Notes: generated from the letters alone by a model not told the origin. A stretch of DNA of 64,000 bases from an uncultured Candidatus Saccharibacteria bacterium (GCA_964426845.1 CAYRSA010000002.1:34495-98494), one strand, 5' to 3'; shown: positions 45,980 through 53,493, counted from the first letter of the stretch. Made by a program: numbers and translations.

Positions 45980-46630
45980 CTAGACTTCTTGGCCGAGTTT
46001 CTTTTCTAGCTTTGGCAGGCTAGTAATGCCAATGTGCTTGGGACTTAGGGTTACTAACTTTTCTGTCTTAAGTTTATGGAGCTCCCGGCTGACCGTTTCC
46101 CGACTAAGTCCGGCCCTGGCTCCCAGGTCCGTTTCGCTGATGTCTATAGTGCAAGATTCATCCTTTCCAGGTTTGCCGAAGCGGCGAGCCTCCAGCAGGA
46201 GTTCGTAAATCAGGCGGCTCTTAGCGCTACTGCCCATCAGATGAGCCATGCGGCCCAGCAAGCCATCGGCTCCGCGGTACACCCGACTGAGTAAGTCAAA
46301 CATGACGTCGGGGTTGTCCTTGATAAATTCGACAGCTTCATCGGCGGGAGCTTGATGCAACTTGAGAGCAGTGTCGGCTTCGTATATGTAAGGATTCTCG
46401 ACTTTATTGATAGCCAGTGACATCGGGAAAAAAGCCGGTGGCTTAAAAATGTTTAGGATAACCTCATCGCCGCGGTAGGTGACATCGTATTGTTTAACCT
46501 TGCCCTCGACCAAGTTGTAGACATAGCCGGCTTCATCGCCAGCCATAACCAGGATCTGGCCCTTACTATAAGAGCGCACTGGATACTTAGCAAAAAAGCT
46601 CTCAATTTTCTCGCCGACGTCGTCGGTCAT
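45980..46630 (-). CDS. Crp/Fnr family transcriptional regulator
   Basis: N-terminal cNMP-binding beta-barrel and a C-terminal HTH (RETVSRELHKLK). Confidence 0.88.
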   Translation of the reverse strand: MTDDVGEKIESFFAKYPVRSYSKGQILVMAGDEAGYVYNLVEGKVKQYDVTYRGDEVILNIFKPPAFFPMSLAINKVENPYIYEADTALKLHQAPADEAVEFIKDNPDVMFDLLSRVYRGADGLLGRMAHLMGSSAKSRLIYELLLEARRFGKPGKDESCTIDISETDLGARAGLSRETVSRELHKLKTEKLVTLSPKHIGITSLPKLEKKLGQEV

Positions 46631-46692
46631 AAAAACTCCTCTGTCCTCAATATACGCCTCTTGAGGAAGGGTAGCTACTTATGGCTTGACGG

Positions 46693-47082
46693 CTAAGCTC
46701 GGTTCAAGTTCACGATTTTTGAAATCAGCCATGCCAAAACTAGATAGACGGCGATGGCGATCAGGGTATAGAGCTCGAATCGACCAACCCCAGTGTACGT
46801 ACTGTCGTAGCTGAAGATTCCGAAGAATGGAGCTACAAAAGGTTGCGACAAGCTATATATGAAATCGACGAAGCCGTTATTTGGATTGGCGCCAAGTAGA
46901 GCCAGTACAAATCGAAACGACAATAGTATAGTTATTACCCCGGCTATTAGCCAAATGATTCGGTCGGCTACGTTTGCGCTGTGTTCTTGCTCTACCGATC
47001 CATCTCGCACCTGAGTGGTTTTTTCAACCGTGTTACCTGCACGAGTAGTAGTTTCTTTTACCTCACTGGTTGGCTCTGTCAT
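46693..47082 (-). CDS. YggT-like membrane protein
   Basis: RFVLALLGANPNN.F..FIY..S.PFV.PF..IF pattern and two TM helices. Confidence 0.5.
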   Translation of the reverse strand: MTEPTSEVKETTTRAGNTVEKTTQVRDGSVEQEHSANVADRIIWLIAGVITILLSFRFVLALLGANPNNGFVDFIYSLSQPFVAPFFGIFSYDSTYTGVGRFELYTLIAIAVYLVLAWLISKIVNLNRA

Positions 47083-47139
47083 AGTTTCTCCCTTGTATTA
47101 ACTACAAGGCATATTAACGTACGCTTGACTATCGAGCCG

Positions 47140-47358
47140 TTAGATATCTAACACGGATAATACGAAATACAGTGCTGTTATTAACAGTGCGTAAACCACC
47201 AGGGCTTTAATGAATAGGTGTTTGGGCAGAGGTTTATTTCTGCTTCTTTGAACAAAGTAATAAATTAACCAGGTAGTCAGTGCTAGTAAGATTGCGAATA
47301 GTGCGTAAAGAGGGATCATGACTTCCGGTACATTGAACCCTGCCAATACTGTAAGCAT
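47140..47358 (-). CDS. small two-TM membrane protein
   Basis: 72-aa hydrophobic ORF. Confidence 0.5.
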   Translation of the reverse strand: MLTVLAGFNVPEVMIPLYALFAILLALTTWLIYYFVQRSRNKPLPKHLFIKALVVYALLITALYFVLSVLDI

Positions 47359-47378
47359 GGTTTAATCATACAACATCT

Positions 47379-47449
47379 CATAGACAACCCCGCTCCTTAA
47401 GCTTGGAGGAAGCTCAGCAAATAAAACTGAGCAGAGTTGGCGGTACTAG
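47379..47449 (+). repeat. decayed partial copy (copy 0) of the 185-nt module
   Basis: ATAGACAACCCC ... GAGCAGAGTTGGCGGTACTAG aligns with the 3' half of copies 1 and 2. It ends in E-Q-S-W-R-Y-stop, but indels break the frame. Confidence 0.6.
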
Positions 47450-47466
47450 AAGCTCATTTGTGAAGA

Positions 47467-47495
47467 TTGACAGATCAAACGTTTTTGCTTATAAT
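47467..47495 (+). promoter_or_regulatory. perfect consensus sigma70 promoter
   Basis: TTGACA, a 17-nt spacer, TATAAT, then 7 nt to the ATG at 47503. Confidence 0.7.
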
Positions 47496-47502
47496 TAGTT
47501 TC

Positions 47503-47724
47503 ATGGATAGAATAATGGACGGCGAAAAGATAGTTAAGGGTTTATCAGCTGCAGCTTCTTGTATCGCTGATGGTGCTGAACCAGAGACTCTAGTTGATGA
47601 TCAAAAGGCTGCATTAGGAATAGTTGCTGGTATGCCCCCAGTAGTTGCTGAGCCGTTTATTGTAGCTGCTGCACTCGATAGCGCTTATGATGATTTGTTT
47701 GGTGATGACGGTCTAAGTTTCTAG
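47503..47724 (+). CDS. hypothetical acidic protein (73 aa), probably leaderless
   Basis: In-frame ATG at the predicted transcription start site (TSS). The ORF-track start at 47467 is the -35 hexamer itself. Confidence 0.5.
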   Translation: MDRIMDGEKIVKGLSAAASCIADGAEPETLVDDQKAALGIVAGMPPVVAEPFIVAAALDSAYDDLFGDDGLSF

Positions 47725-47736
47725 TAACAAAATTCG

Positions 47737-47921
47737 TGGTGGCGATAAAGCGAAGACTTTTGAACCTTTGGAGTCTATTGTGGAGTGGCTGATTTCTAAC
47801 CCTAATCCTGCGTGGTCAAAGCAGCTGAAAGAAGCTAGCTACGTAAAGATCGAACAGGGTTGGCGTTACTAGAAAAGAGTAAGATAAAGAGCGTTGAACC
47901 TAACCACTTGCTATTACTTGT
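47737..47921 (+). repeat. 185-nt module, copy 1 (contains a 44-codon frame at 47738-47872 with no start codon)
   Basis: Aligns end-to-end with 49022-49214. Identical blocks are TGGTGGCGATAAAGCGAAGA and AGAGTAAGATAAAGAGCGTTGAACCT. Confidence 0.85.
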
Positions 47922-47994
47922 AAGTGGTGATAAAGTATTTTCTATTATGATATTCAGCCAGAAGCACCAGTTGGAACTATTCCTCAGCCTACAT

Positions 47995-48080
47995 GGGCTG
48001 TGCTTCACTATGGTTGAAGCCACTGAGTAAAACTCAGTCAGCACAGCCCCAATAACAGGCTTCAACCGAAGTCTGTTTTT
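47995..48080 (+). promoter_or_regulatory. attenuator/riboswitch-like leader with mutually exclusive helices
   Basis: A:A' is 10 bp (47995-48004 / 48040-48049). B:B' is 10 bp (48012-48021 / 48058-48067). Hairpin C is at 48022-48038. A terminator-like hairpin at 48054-48077 reuses B' and is followed by a T-rich run. Confidence 0.45.
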
Positions 48081-48099
48081 AATTGTAAGGAGAAATGAA

Positions 48100-48282
48100 A
48101 TGTACGGAGAAGGATACCCTGCTCGTAAAGCAGTAGAAGTAGAGCACATCAGTGATGGTGTGTACGTCTGGTATGACCCAGATGAATATGGAATTGGTCA
48201 TGAACACTATGGAGAGCAACACCCAGCCATGACAGAACAAGGTCAACCTGACCAGGATCAAACAACAAACGAGGTACAATAA
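48100..48282 (+). CDS. small acidic His/Glu-rich protein (60 aa)
   Basis: AAGGAG RBS 8 nt upstream. It ends 15 nt before alaX. Confidence 0.55.
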   Translation: MYGEGYPARKAVEVEHISDGVYVWYDPDEYGIGHEHYGEQHPAMTEQGQPDQDQTTNEVQ

Positions 48283-48297
48283 TACAAAGGAGTGTAT

Positions 48298-49017
48298 ATG
48301 ACAGAACTAATCTACATGAACGATTTCGACGTAGTTACTTGTGAAGCCAGCGTTGTCAAAACAGAAGAGCACGAAGGCAAAGATGTAATCGTATTGGATC
48401 AGACGTGCTTCTATGCCAAGGGTGGCGGTCAGGACTTTGACCAGGGTGTCATTAAGTCAGAGGACGTAGAGTTTCAAGTTGAAGCTGTCTTCTTTGTAGA
48501 CGGCGAAGTGAAACATATTGGATCATATACTACTGGCAAGTTTGCAGTCGGAGATAAAGTCGCTTGTGAGGTTGATGTAGAAAGACGCAACCTCAATAGT
48601 CGACTTCACTCAGCTGGTCATGTGATAGATATGGCAGTACGAGAGTTGGGATGGGATTGGAAACCAGGCAAAGGTGCACACTATCCTCACATGGCTTTTG
48701 TGGAGTACGAAGGTCCTTACGACGCCGAGGAAAAGCAAAAACTCATAGAGCAGTTACAAGATACTCTTACCAAGATGATTAAAGCTGGCTCTACTAACAG
48801 CATTAAGTTTATGACACCAGAAGAGATGGCTGAGACTGGAGCATTTGTGCCTGATAACTTACCAAAGGGTAAGCCGTCACGAGCAGTCTTCTATGATGAC
48901 TTTGCTGTTCCTTGCGGAGGCACGCATGTTAAAGACATTAAAGATATTGGTTCGGCAACTATAACTAATATGAAGCGAAAAGATGGCAATGTGCGAGTCA
49001 GTTACAAGGTTGACTAG
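48298..49017 (+). CDS. alaX: AlaX-type Ala-tRNA(Ser/Gly) editing protein (free-standing AlaRS editing domain)
   Basis: HSAGH (HxxxH) and CGGTH (CxxxH) zinc motifs; about 240 aa. AAAGGAG sits 5 nt before the ATG at 48298, whereas the ORF track starts at a GTG at 48292. Confidence 0.8.
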   Translation: MTELIYMNDFDVVTCEASVVKTEEHEGKDVIVLDQTCFYAKGGGQDFDQGVIKSEDVEFQVEAVFFVDGEVKHIGSYTTGKFAVGDKVACEVDVERRNLNSRLHSAGHVIDMAVRELGWDWKPGKGAHYPHMAFVEYEGPYDAEEKQKLIEQLQDTLTKMIKAGSTNSIKFMTPEEMAETGAFVPDNLPKGKPSRAVFYDDFAVPCGGTHVKDIKDIGSATITNMKRKDGNVRVSYKVD

Positions 49018-49021
49018 TCTT

Positions 49022-49214
49022 TGGTGGCGATAAAGCGAAGAGTTTTGAACTTTTGGCTGGTGTCGTAAACTGGCTGATAGATAACCCTAATCCTGACTGG
49101 AACTTACAGCTTAGAGAAGCCAGTAAAGTTTCTACCGAACAGAGTTGGCGATACTAAAGAAGAGTAAGATAAAGAGCGTTGAACCTCTAATGCTTGCTAC
49201 TTGTCGCCCAGACA
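49022..49214 (+). repeat. 185-nt module, copy 2 (contains a 44-codon frame at 49023-49157 with no start codon)
   Basis: See copy 1. Confidence 0.85.
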
Positions 49215-49245
49215 ACTATATTAAGGATGAAATAAGGAGGAATAC

Positions 49246-49920
49246 ATGGCAGAGCCAACACTAGAAGTAGCGAGAGGTGGATTAGTACCCGTAGCAGCAG
49301 CTATCGAACAACCCTTAAGAGATGGTCATAATCTCCACGCCTTCCAGTCTGGTGGCGGTCTTAGAGTAATCCGCATAGAAGATGCGGCCGAAGAATTAGT
49401 CGGTTATGGTGAAGCCCTTCAAGTAGAAGAGGCTCTCGCTCATGCTGCTCTAGATTACTTACTCGGTCATGAAGATTACGACCAACAATATAATGGCGAT
49501 GGTGCGAGATACCCACACTACCTGACAGGTACAACGGAGGTAAGTTCTCCCCTCGACGGTCACTTACGACGTGGAGCAACCTTTGACGCTTATAAGTCTC
49601 GTACAAGCGACCTAATTGTCTGTTCACTTGCTGGCATATCTTTCCCACCAGACATCCCTGAGGGAATGCAAGAACGAGTGGTTGCATCTATGGACGTAGA
49701 AACCTTTGAAGAACGTGGCATAACCTATCAAGCAGAACCTTACCAGTTCCCAGGCAATGGAGAATGGGGTATCTCAGTCAAAGTTATCGATAATCCTAAA
49801 GGTATTTCAACCATGTCTTATCGCTACACCAAGACTGGTGAAGGCGATACTTTTGAAAAAGCTGTGAGAGAAGCGTTTGAAGCTCCTGAGGTCGAGCTTA
49901 TGGACGAACAGGAAGATTAG
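49246..49920 (+). CDS. hypothetical acidic protein (224 aa)
   Basis: AAGGAGG RBS 6 nt upstream. No recognisable motif. Confidence 0.6.
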   Translation: MAEPTLEVARGGLVPVAAAIEQPLRDGHNLHAFQSGGGLRVIRIEDAAEELVGYGEALQVEEALAHAALDYLLGHEDYDQQYNGDGARYPHYLTGTTEVSSPLDGHLRRGATFDAYKSRTSDLIVCSLAGISFPPDIPEGMQERVVASMDVETFEERGITYQAEPYQFPGNGEWGISVKVIDNPKGISTMSYRYTKTGEGDTFEKAVREAFEAPEVELMDEQED

Positions 49921-50097
49921 TCGCTAAATCTAGCTTGTACGAAGCCAAATTGACCTCAAAAGACGTCGCACAATAACGATTGGATGACCAACACATACAG
50001 GGGTGACGAGCTTGTTTTTCCAGAAAAAGGCAAAGTCAAGGCCTGATCAGTTTTGTCCCACCCCTGTTAAAAACCTATTATGCCATATGGAAATTCG

Positions 50098-50437
50098 TGG
50101 TGGGGCGAGAAGGAATTGAACCTTCGACCAATCAGTTATGCTTACCACTACAACTTTCGTTGCCTCTTTCGTGTTTGTGGTCTGGACTGTCTCTTCGTCC
50201 GCTGGTTAGCGGATGCCTGCCGTTCAGTCTCTACACCTTTCCTGGTTAAACCGGGACTTGGCTCGGGATTACCAATCTTATTAAAGATAAGGCTTCCCCG
50301 AATTTGACAGGATATACTTACCGGTTACCCGCGTAAGCAGCCCTAAACATTTTGGCATATCTAACACAGAATATGGGCTTAGACTTAGCCAAATTGTTAA
50401 CTCAAGCCGACTGCTCTAACCACTGAGCTACCGCCCC
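50098..50437 (-). tRNA. tRNA with anticodon CAU interrupted by a group I intron; non-initiator, possibly tRNA-Ile2 (lysidine)
   Basis: The exons (50437-50405 and 50140-50098) join into a 76-nt cloverleaf: GGGGCGG-TA-GCTC-AGTGGTTA-GAGC-A-GTCGG-CT|CATAA-CTGAT-TGGTC-GAAGG-TTCAATT-CCTTC-TCGCCCC-A-CCA. Confidence 0.85.
50141..50404 (-). ncRNA. group I intron (IC3-like, 264 nt, no ORF) in the anticodon loop between U33 and C34
   Basis: It follows an exonic U and ends in G. Core blocks UGUCAAAUUCGGGGAAGCC, CCCGAGCCAAGUCC and GAAAGGUGUAGAGACUGAACGGCAGG resemble the bacterial tRNA-intron catalytic core. Confidence 0.8.
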
Positions 50438-50507
50438 TTAATTCTCGTCGACCTTCACAGGTTCGAACACAGGGAAGTATAACAGAGCGCAGATAGGTTG
50501 AGTAGTG

Positions 50508-51071
50508 TTACCGCGCCGGTTTCAGCAACTCTGCCCACCACTTCAGGTTATCAACCAATCCATCAACCTTGCCGCGAATAAATGTTTCGTCGATTTCACC
50601 CTCTGGGCTAATGCCGTTCCAAGGCTCTAACAAGCCAACAAATGTTTTTGTCAGAGGAACCATGCCTACTTTAGCTGTAATATTTGTCAGTTGCTCAACC
50701 GCTCGGGTCGCCCCGTAAGTACCATAGCCAACAAAGGCCACGGGTTTCTTGTCCCACTCGTTATATATGCTGTCGATAGCGTTCTTCAGTGGCGCTGGTG
50801 GCCCATTGTTATACTCGGCCGTCACAAAGACAAAGCCATCTAGACTGTCGATCTTGGCACTCCACTTCTTGCTAGATTCTAGTTCATACTTACCACTGGA
50901 CGGCGACTCTTTTTCCATTAAGAATGACAGGTCCCATTCCTTAAGATCGATAAGCTCGAACTCGGCACCCTCGGTACCTGAAACTTTTTCTATAAACCAT
51001 TCCGCCACGTGTCGGCCAGACCGGGTAGGGCGGGTAGTGCTGACAATTACTCCGATTTTTACGCTCATCAA
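50508..51071 (-). CDS. NADPH-dependent FMN reductase family oxidoreductase
   Basis: Flavodoxin-like fold pattern (I.VI..STR..R....VA.W, EYN...P..LKNAID). Confidence 0.8.
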   Translation of the reverse strand: MMSVKIGVIVSTTRPTRSGRHVAEWFIEKVSGTEGAEFELIDLKEWDLSFLMEKESPSSGKYELESSKKWSAKIDSLDGFVFVTAEYNNGPPAPLKNAIDSIYNEWDKKPVAFVGYGTYGATRAVEQLTNITAKVGMVPLTKTFVGLLEPWNGISPEGEIDETFIRGKVDGLVDNLKWWAELLKPAR

Positions 51072-51169
51072 TCAATCCTCTCAGTTATACTAATCAAATT
51101 ACTTCTGTTCACTTTACTAAGTATAGTTACTTACTATATTTTGTAAAGTCTTTTTTGTATAATATTCTT

Positions 51170-51478
51170 ATGAACACCAAATCCGATACCAACTGTCTGC
51201 AAAATACCGTCGACGTACTGGGGGACAAGTGGACTGCCCTGATTATCAATGAACTGGCCCAGGGGCCCTCTTGTTTTTGTGACGTCGAAAAGACCCTGTA
51301 TGGCATTAGCCCGCGAACTCTGTCCCAACGCCTCGACAAACTGCAATTAGAAGGCATCATAGCCAAAGAAATGTATAAAAAACGGCCGCCGCGCTATCAC
51401 TACTACCTAACCAGCAAAGGCCAAGAATTGACCAGCATCCTGGATGCCATGTCTACCTGGGGCGCCAAACACCGCTAG
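51170..51478 (+). CDS. HxlR family transcriptional regulator
   Basis: C......LGDKW...I...L......F.......GIS...LS.RL..L...G pattern. Divergent from the FMN reductase gene. TATAAT sits 6 nt before the ATG at 51170, and the ORF-track TTG start lies inside the promoter. Confidence 0.85.
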   Translation: MNTKSDTNCLQNTVDVLGDKWTALIINELAQGPSCFCDVEKTLYGISPRTLSQRLDKLQLEGIIAKEMYKKRPPRYHYYLTSKGQELTSILDAMSTWGAKHR

Positions 51479-52449
51479 CCCAGCAGCTTCAGCAATTCCT
51501 CAGTCGAGCCAGCCTTCATTAACTTTTCACGCATCTCCTTGGCGCCTGGAAAATCATTAACGTAAATCTTGCAGAATTTGTTGAGAGTGTAGATTTTGCG
51601 CTCGCGGTTGGCCCAAGTCTTGGCAAACAACTCGACGTGCTTCTTATACAAAGCTAGTTTGTCGTCCCGGGTCTTGTCGGGCCAGGGCGACTTAGCTGCA
51701 AAGACATAAGGGTCATGAAAGACTCCGCGGCCAATCATAATGCCGTCCAGTCCGTGTTCCTTGGCTAGATCGAACCCTTGTTGACGGCTCAGCACATCAC
51801 CGTTACCAATAATCTTGGTGGTAGGGGAGATTCGATCGCGCATGGCCCGTATTTCACCAATCCTACCCCAGTCTGCTGGGACTTTAGACATTTGTTTAGC
51901 GGTCCGGCCGTGGACGATTAGCGCGTCTAGATTTTGTTGTAATAAAAACTCGGGCCAGGTCATGTCTAATTCACGATTCCCTAGTCGAGTCTTAACCGAG
52001 ACAGGGAAGTGGCGGTGGGGGAGTGATCCCGGTTTTTCTGTCTCCCCTACTGCCCTCTTGACCTCTGTTATGATCTGTCGAGCCAGGTCTTTGTTGTCGA
52101 TCAGCGCCGCGCAACAGCCATTCTTGAGTACCGCTTTGTCTGGGCAACCCATGTTTATGTCTACCCCGTCGAAGCCCATCTTAATTAGATCTTGGGTGGT
52201 CTTGTAGTAATTTTCTGGCTTTTTACCCCAAATTTGGGCAATAATCGGCCGCTCTTTCTTGGAAAACTGCAGTTTGGGCAGTAGCTTGGCCCTACCCGGA
52301 CTTTGCAGACCGTCAACGTTAACGAACTCAGTGTAGTAAAGATCTGGTGGTGCTGTCCCAGCCACAACCTGCCGAAACACCGTGTCGGTTACGTCATCCA
52401 TCGGGGCCAAAATAAAAAAAGGCCTGTTCAGCTCATTCCAAATATTCAT
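51475..52449 (-). CDS. tRNA-dihydrouridine synthase
   Basis: LAPM...TD..FR, GVD.N.GCP and the TIM-barrel Dus pattern. Confidence 0.88.
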   Translation of the reverse strand: MNIWNELNRPFFILAPMDDVTDTVFRQVVAGTAPPDLYYTEFVNVDGLQSPGRAKLLPKLQFSKKERPIIAQIWGKKPENYYKTTQDLIKMGFDGVDINMGCPDKAVLKNGCCAALIDNKDLARQIITEVKRAVGETEKPGSLPHRHFPVSVKTRLGNRELDMTWPEFLLQQNLDALIVHGRTAKQMSKVPADWGRIGEIRAMRDRISPTTKIIGNGDVLSRQQGFDLAKEHGLDGIMIGRGVFHDPYVFAAKSPWPDKTRDDKLALYKKHVELFAKTWANRERKIYTLNKFCKIYVNDFPGAKEMREKLMKAGSTEELLKLLG

Positions 52450-52467
52450 AGCCTGTATTATAAACGA

Positions 52468-52698
52468 TTAAAACGGATCGCCAGATTCAGTACGCCAATC
52501 AAAAGGAAACCTACCTTGAACTGGGGGCTTAGGAGGCGAAGTCGGTTGCGGAGCCTGGTCTTGTCGTGGGGCTGGGGGTTGCACAGAGTTCAGGGCTGTT
52601 CGGGCGGCCGCTACACCGACTTGGCCAATTCGACGAGTTTCTTCATCAATCTTCCATTCACTTTCGTAGGGAACCGTAAAGCGTAACTGCTGTTTCAT
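52468..52698 (-). CDS. hypothetical protein (76 aa)
   Basis: The ATG at 52698 is preceded by TATAAT 7 nt upstream and TTGCAA at the -35 position. Confidence 0.45.
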   Translation of the reverse strand: MKQQLRFTVPYESEWKIDEETRRIGQVGVAAARTALNSVQPPAPRQDQAPQPTSPPKPPVQGRFPFDWRTESGDPF

Positions 52699-52809
52699 AC
52701 TTACTATTATAGCACTTAAATGTTTTATTTGCAACCAGGTGAGCTGTATTGCTCGGTTCGGCTAAGAAAACTCTTTGTAATTTCAAGCTTAAACGGCATA
52801 ATTATAGCA

Positions 52810-53493
52810 ATGGATCAGATTATTTCGACCGCCGCCCCGGCCGCAGCCGCCGTTGTTATTGCTTTGTTCGCCTTGCCCAGTTATATCGGCCTAATTCGCC
52901 AAAAGGGCTGGTTAAAAGCCTTGGGTATGGTTGTTGTCATCGGAGCGATCTTGCTGGCCGTTCAAGCCGCCGCCATTCGCTTCACCTTCCCCTTCGGCGA
53001 TTTCAGTTTTGGCGACGCTCTGGGTTATAAGATTTTTGGCCTGGTTCCTTGGGCTGTAGCTTTTGCTTACACCCCCCTGGTATTAGCCACATTTTGGCTG
53101 TCAAGCAAATTGACCAAGAACGGATTCCGCGTCGTCCTGGCTGGACTATTCTTGGCCGCTAGCAATGTCGTCCTGGATCCCGCTCTAGCCTTCATGGGCC
53201 TCAGGTCCTGGGAAAACGGCGGACCCTTTTACGGCGTGCCTATTCTGAACTTTGGTGGCTGGCTCTTAACTGGCCTGATTACGGCCTGCGTTCTGCACGC
53301 TATGTGGGGCAAAGAAGACAGCGTTGGCCGCTCGGTAGCCTACAGTGGCTTTGCTATTGTCTGGTTCTGGGGTGGCGTCAACTTGGGACTCAAACAATGG
53401 GTGCCGGGTGGCATTGGTATAGCTATTGGCGTGCTTATCCTAGTTCTTATGTCTATCGAGCGTCGACGTCAGAAGAAAGCCAAGGACGACTAA
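52810..53493 (+). CDS. polytopic membrane protein, carotenoid-biosynthesis-protein-like (DUF422 family, tentative)
   Basis: About 7 TM helices and an N.VLDPA......W pattern. ATG at 52810 with CATAAT 7 nt upstream. Confidence 0.4.
   Translation: MDQIISTAAPAAAAVVIALFALPSYIGLIRQKGWLKALGMVVVIGAILLAVQAAAIRFTFPFGDFSFGDALGYKIFGLVPWAVAFAYTPLVLATFWLSSKLTKNGFRVVLAGLFLAASNVVLDPALAFMGLRSWENGGPFYGVPILNFGGWLLTGLITACVLHAMWGKEDSVGRSVAYSGFAIVWFWGGVNLGLKQWVPGGIGIAIGVLILVLMSIERRRQKKAKDD

Noticed and set aside
47710-47740. Programmed frameshift or readthrough joining the upstream genes to the 44-codon frame
   Set aside because: The required shifts differ (+1 after orf73, -1 after alaX). The 0-frame has tandem stops (TAG TAA). 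I see no slippery heptamer. AlaX is already full length.
47947-48030. 27-codon ORF (MIFSQKHQLELFLSLHGLCFTMVEATE) as a leader peptide for attenuation
   Set aside because: It has no RBS and no run of regulatory codons. It cannot be supported from sequence alone, although its stop does fall inside hairpin C.
47995-48080. The idea that the structured leader upstream of alaX is a T-box riboswitch
   Set aside because: The UGGU next to helix B is tempting. However, there is no T-box consensus (AA...GGGUGG.ACCGCG), no bulged antiterminator, and no identifiable Stem I, specifier loop or K-turn upstream.
47835-48279. Two minus-strand ORFs (104 aa and 66 aa) in the A/T-rich intergenic region
   Set aside because: They have no RBS. 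They run antisense to the repeated module, the structured leader and the well-signalled orf60. The substitution phase of the module supports the plus strand.
47737-49214. The idea that the two module copies are a diversity-generating retroelement template/variable repeat pair
   Set aside because: The differences are not confined to adenine positions, both copies keep the same frame, and no reverse transcriptase gene is nearby.
49997-50067. Long imperfect hairpin (ACAGGGGTG ... CACCCCTGT with a ~53-nt interior) between orf224 and the tRNA 3' end
   Set aside because: No U-run follows on either strand, and the interior pairs poorly. It may be a convergent terminator or an att-like remnant, but the evidence is too weak to call.
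50080-50307. 75-aa plus-strand ORF in the track
   Set aside because: It lies entirely within the 3' exon and group I intron of the minus-strand tRNA.
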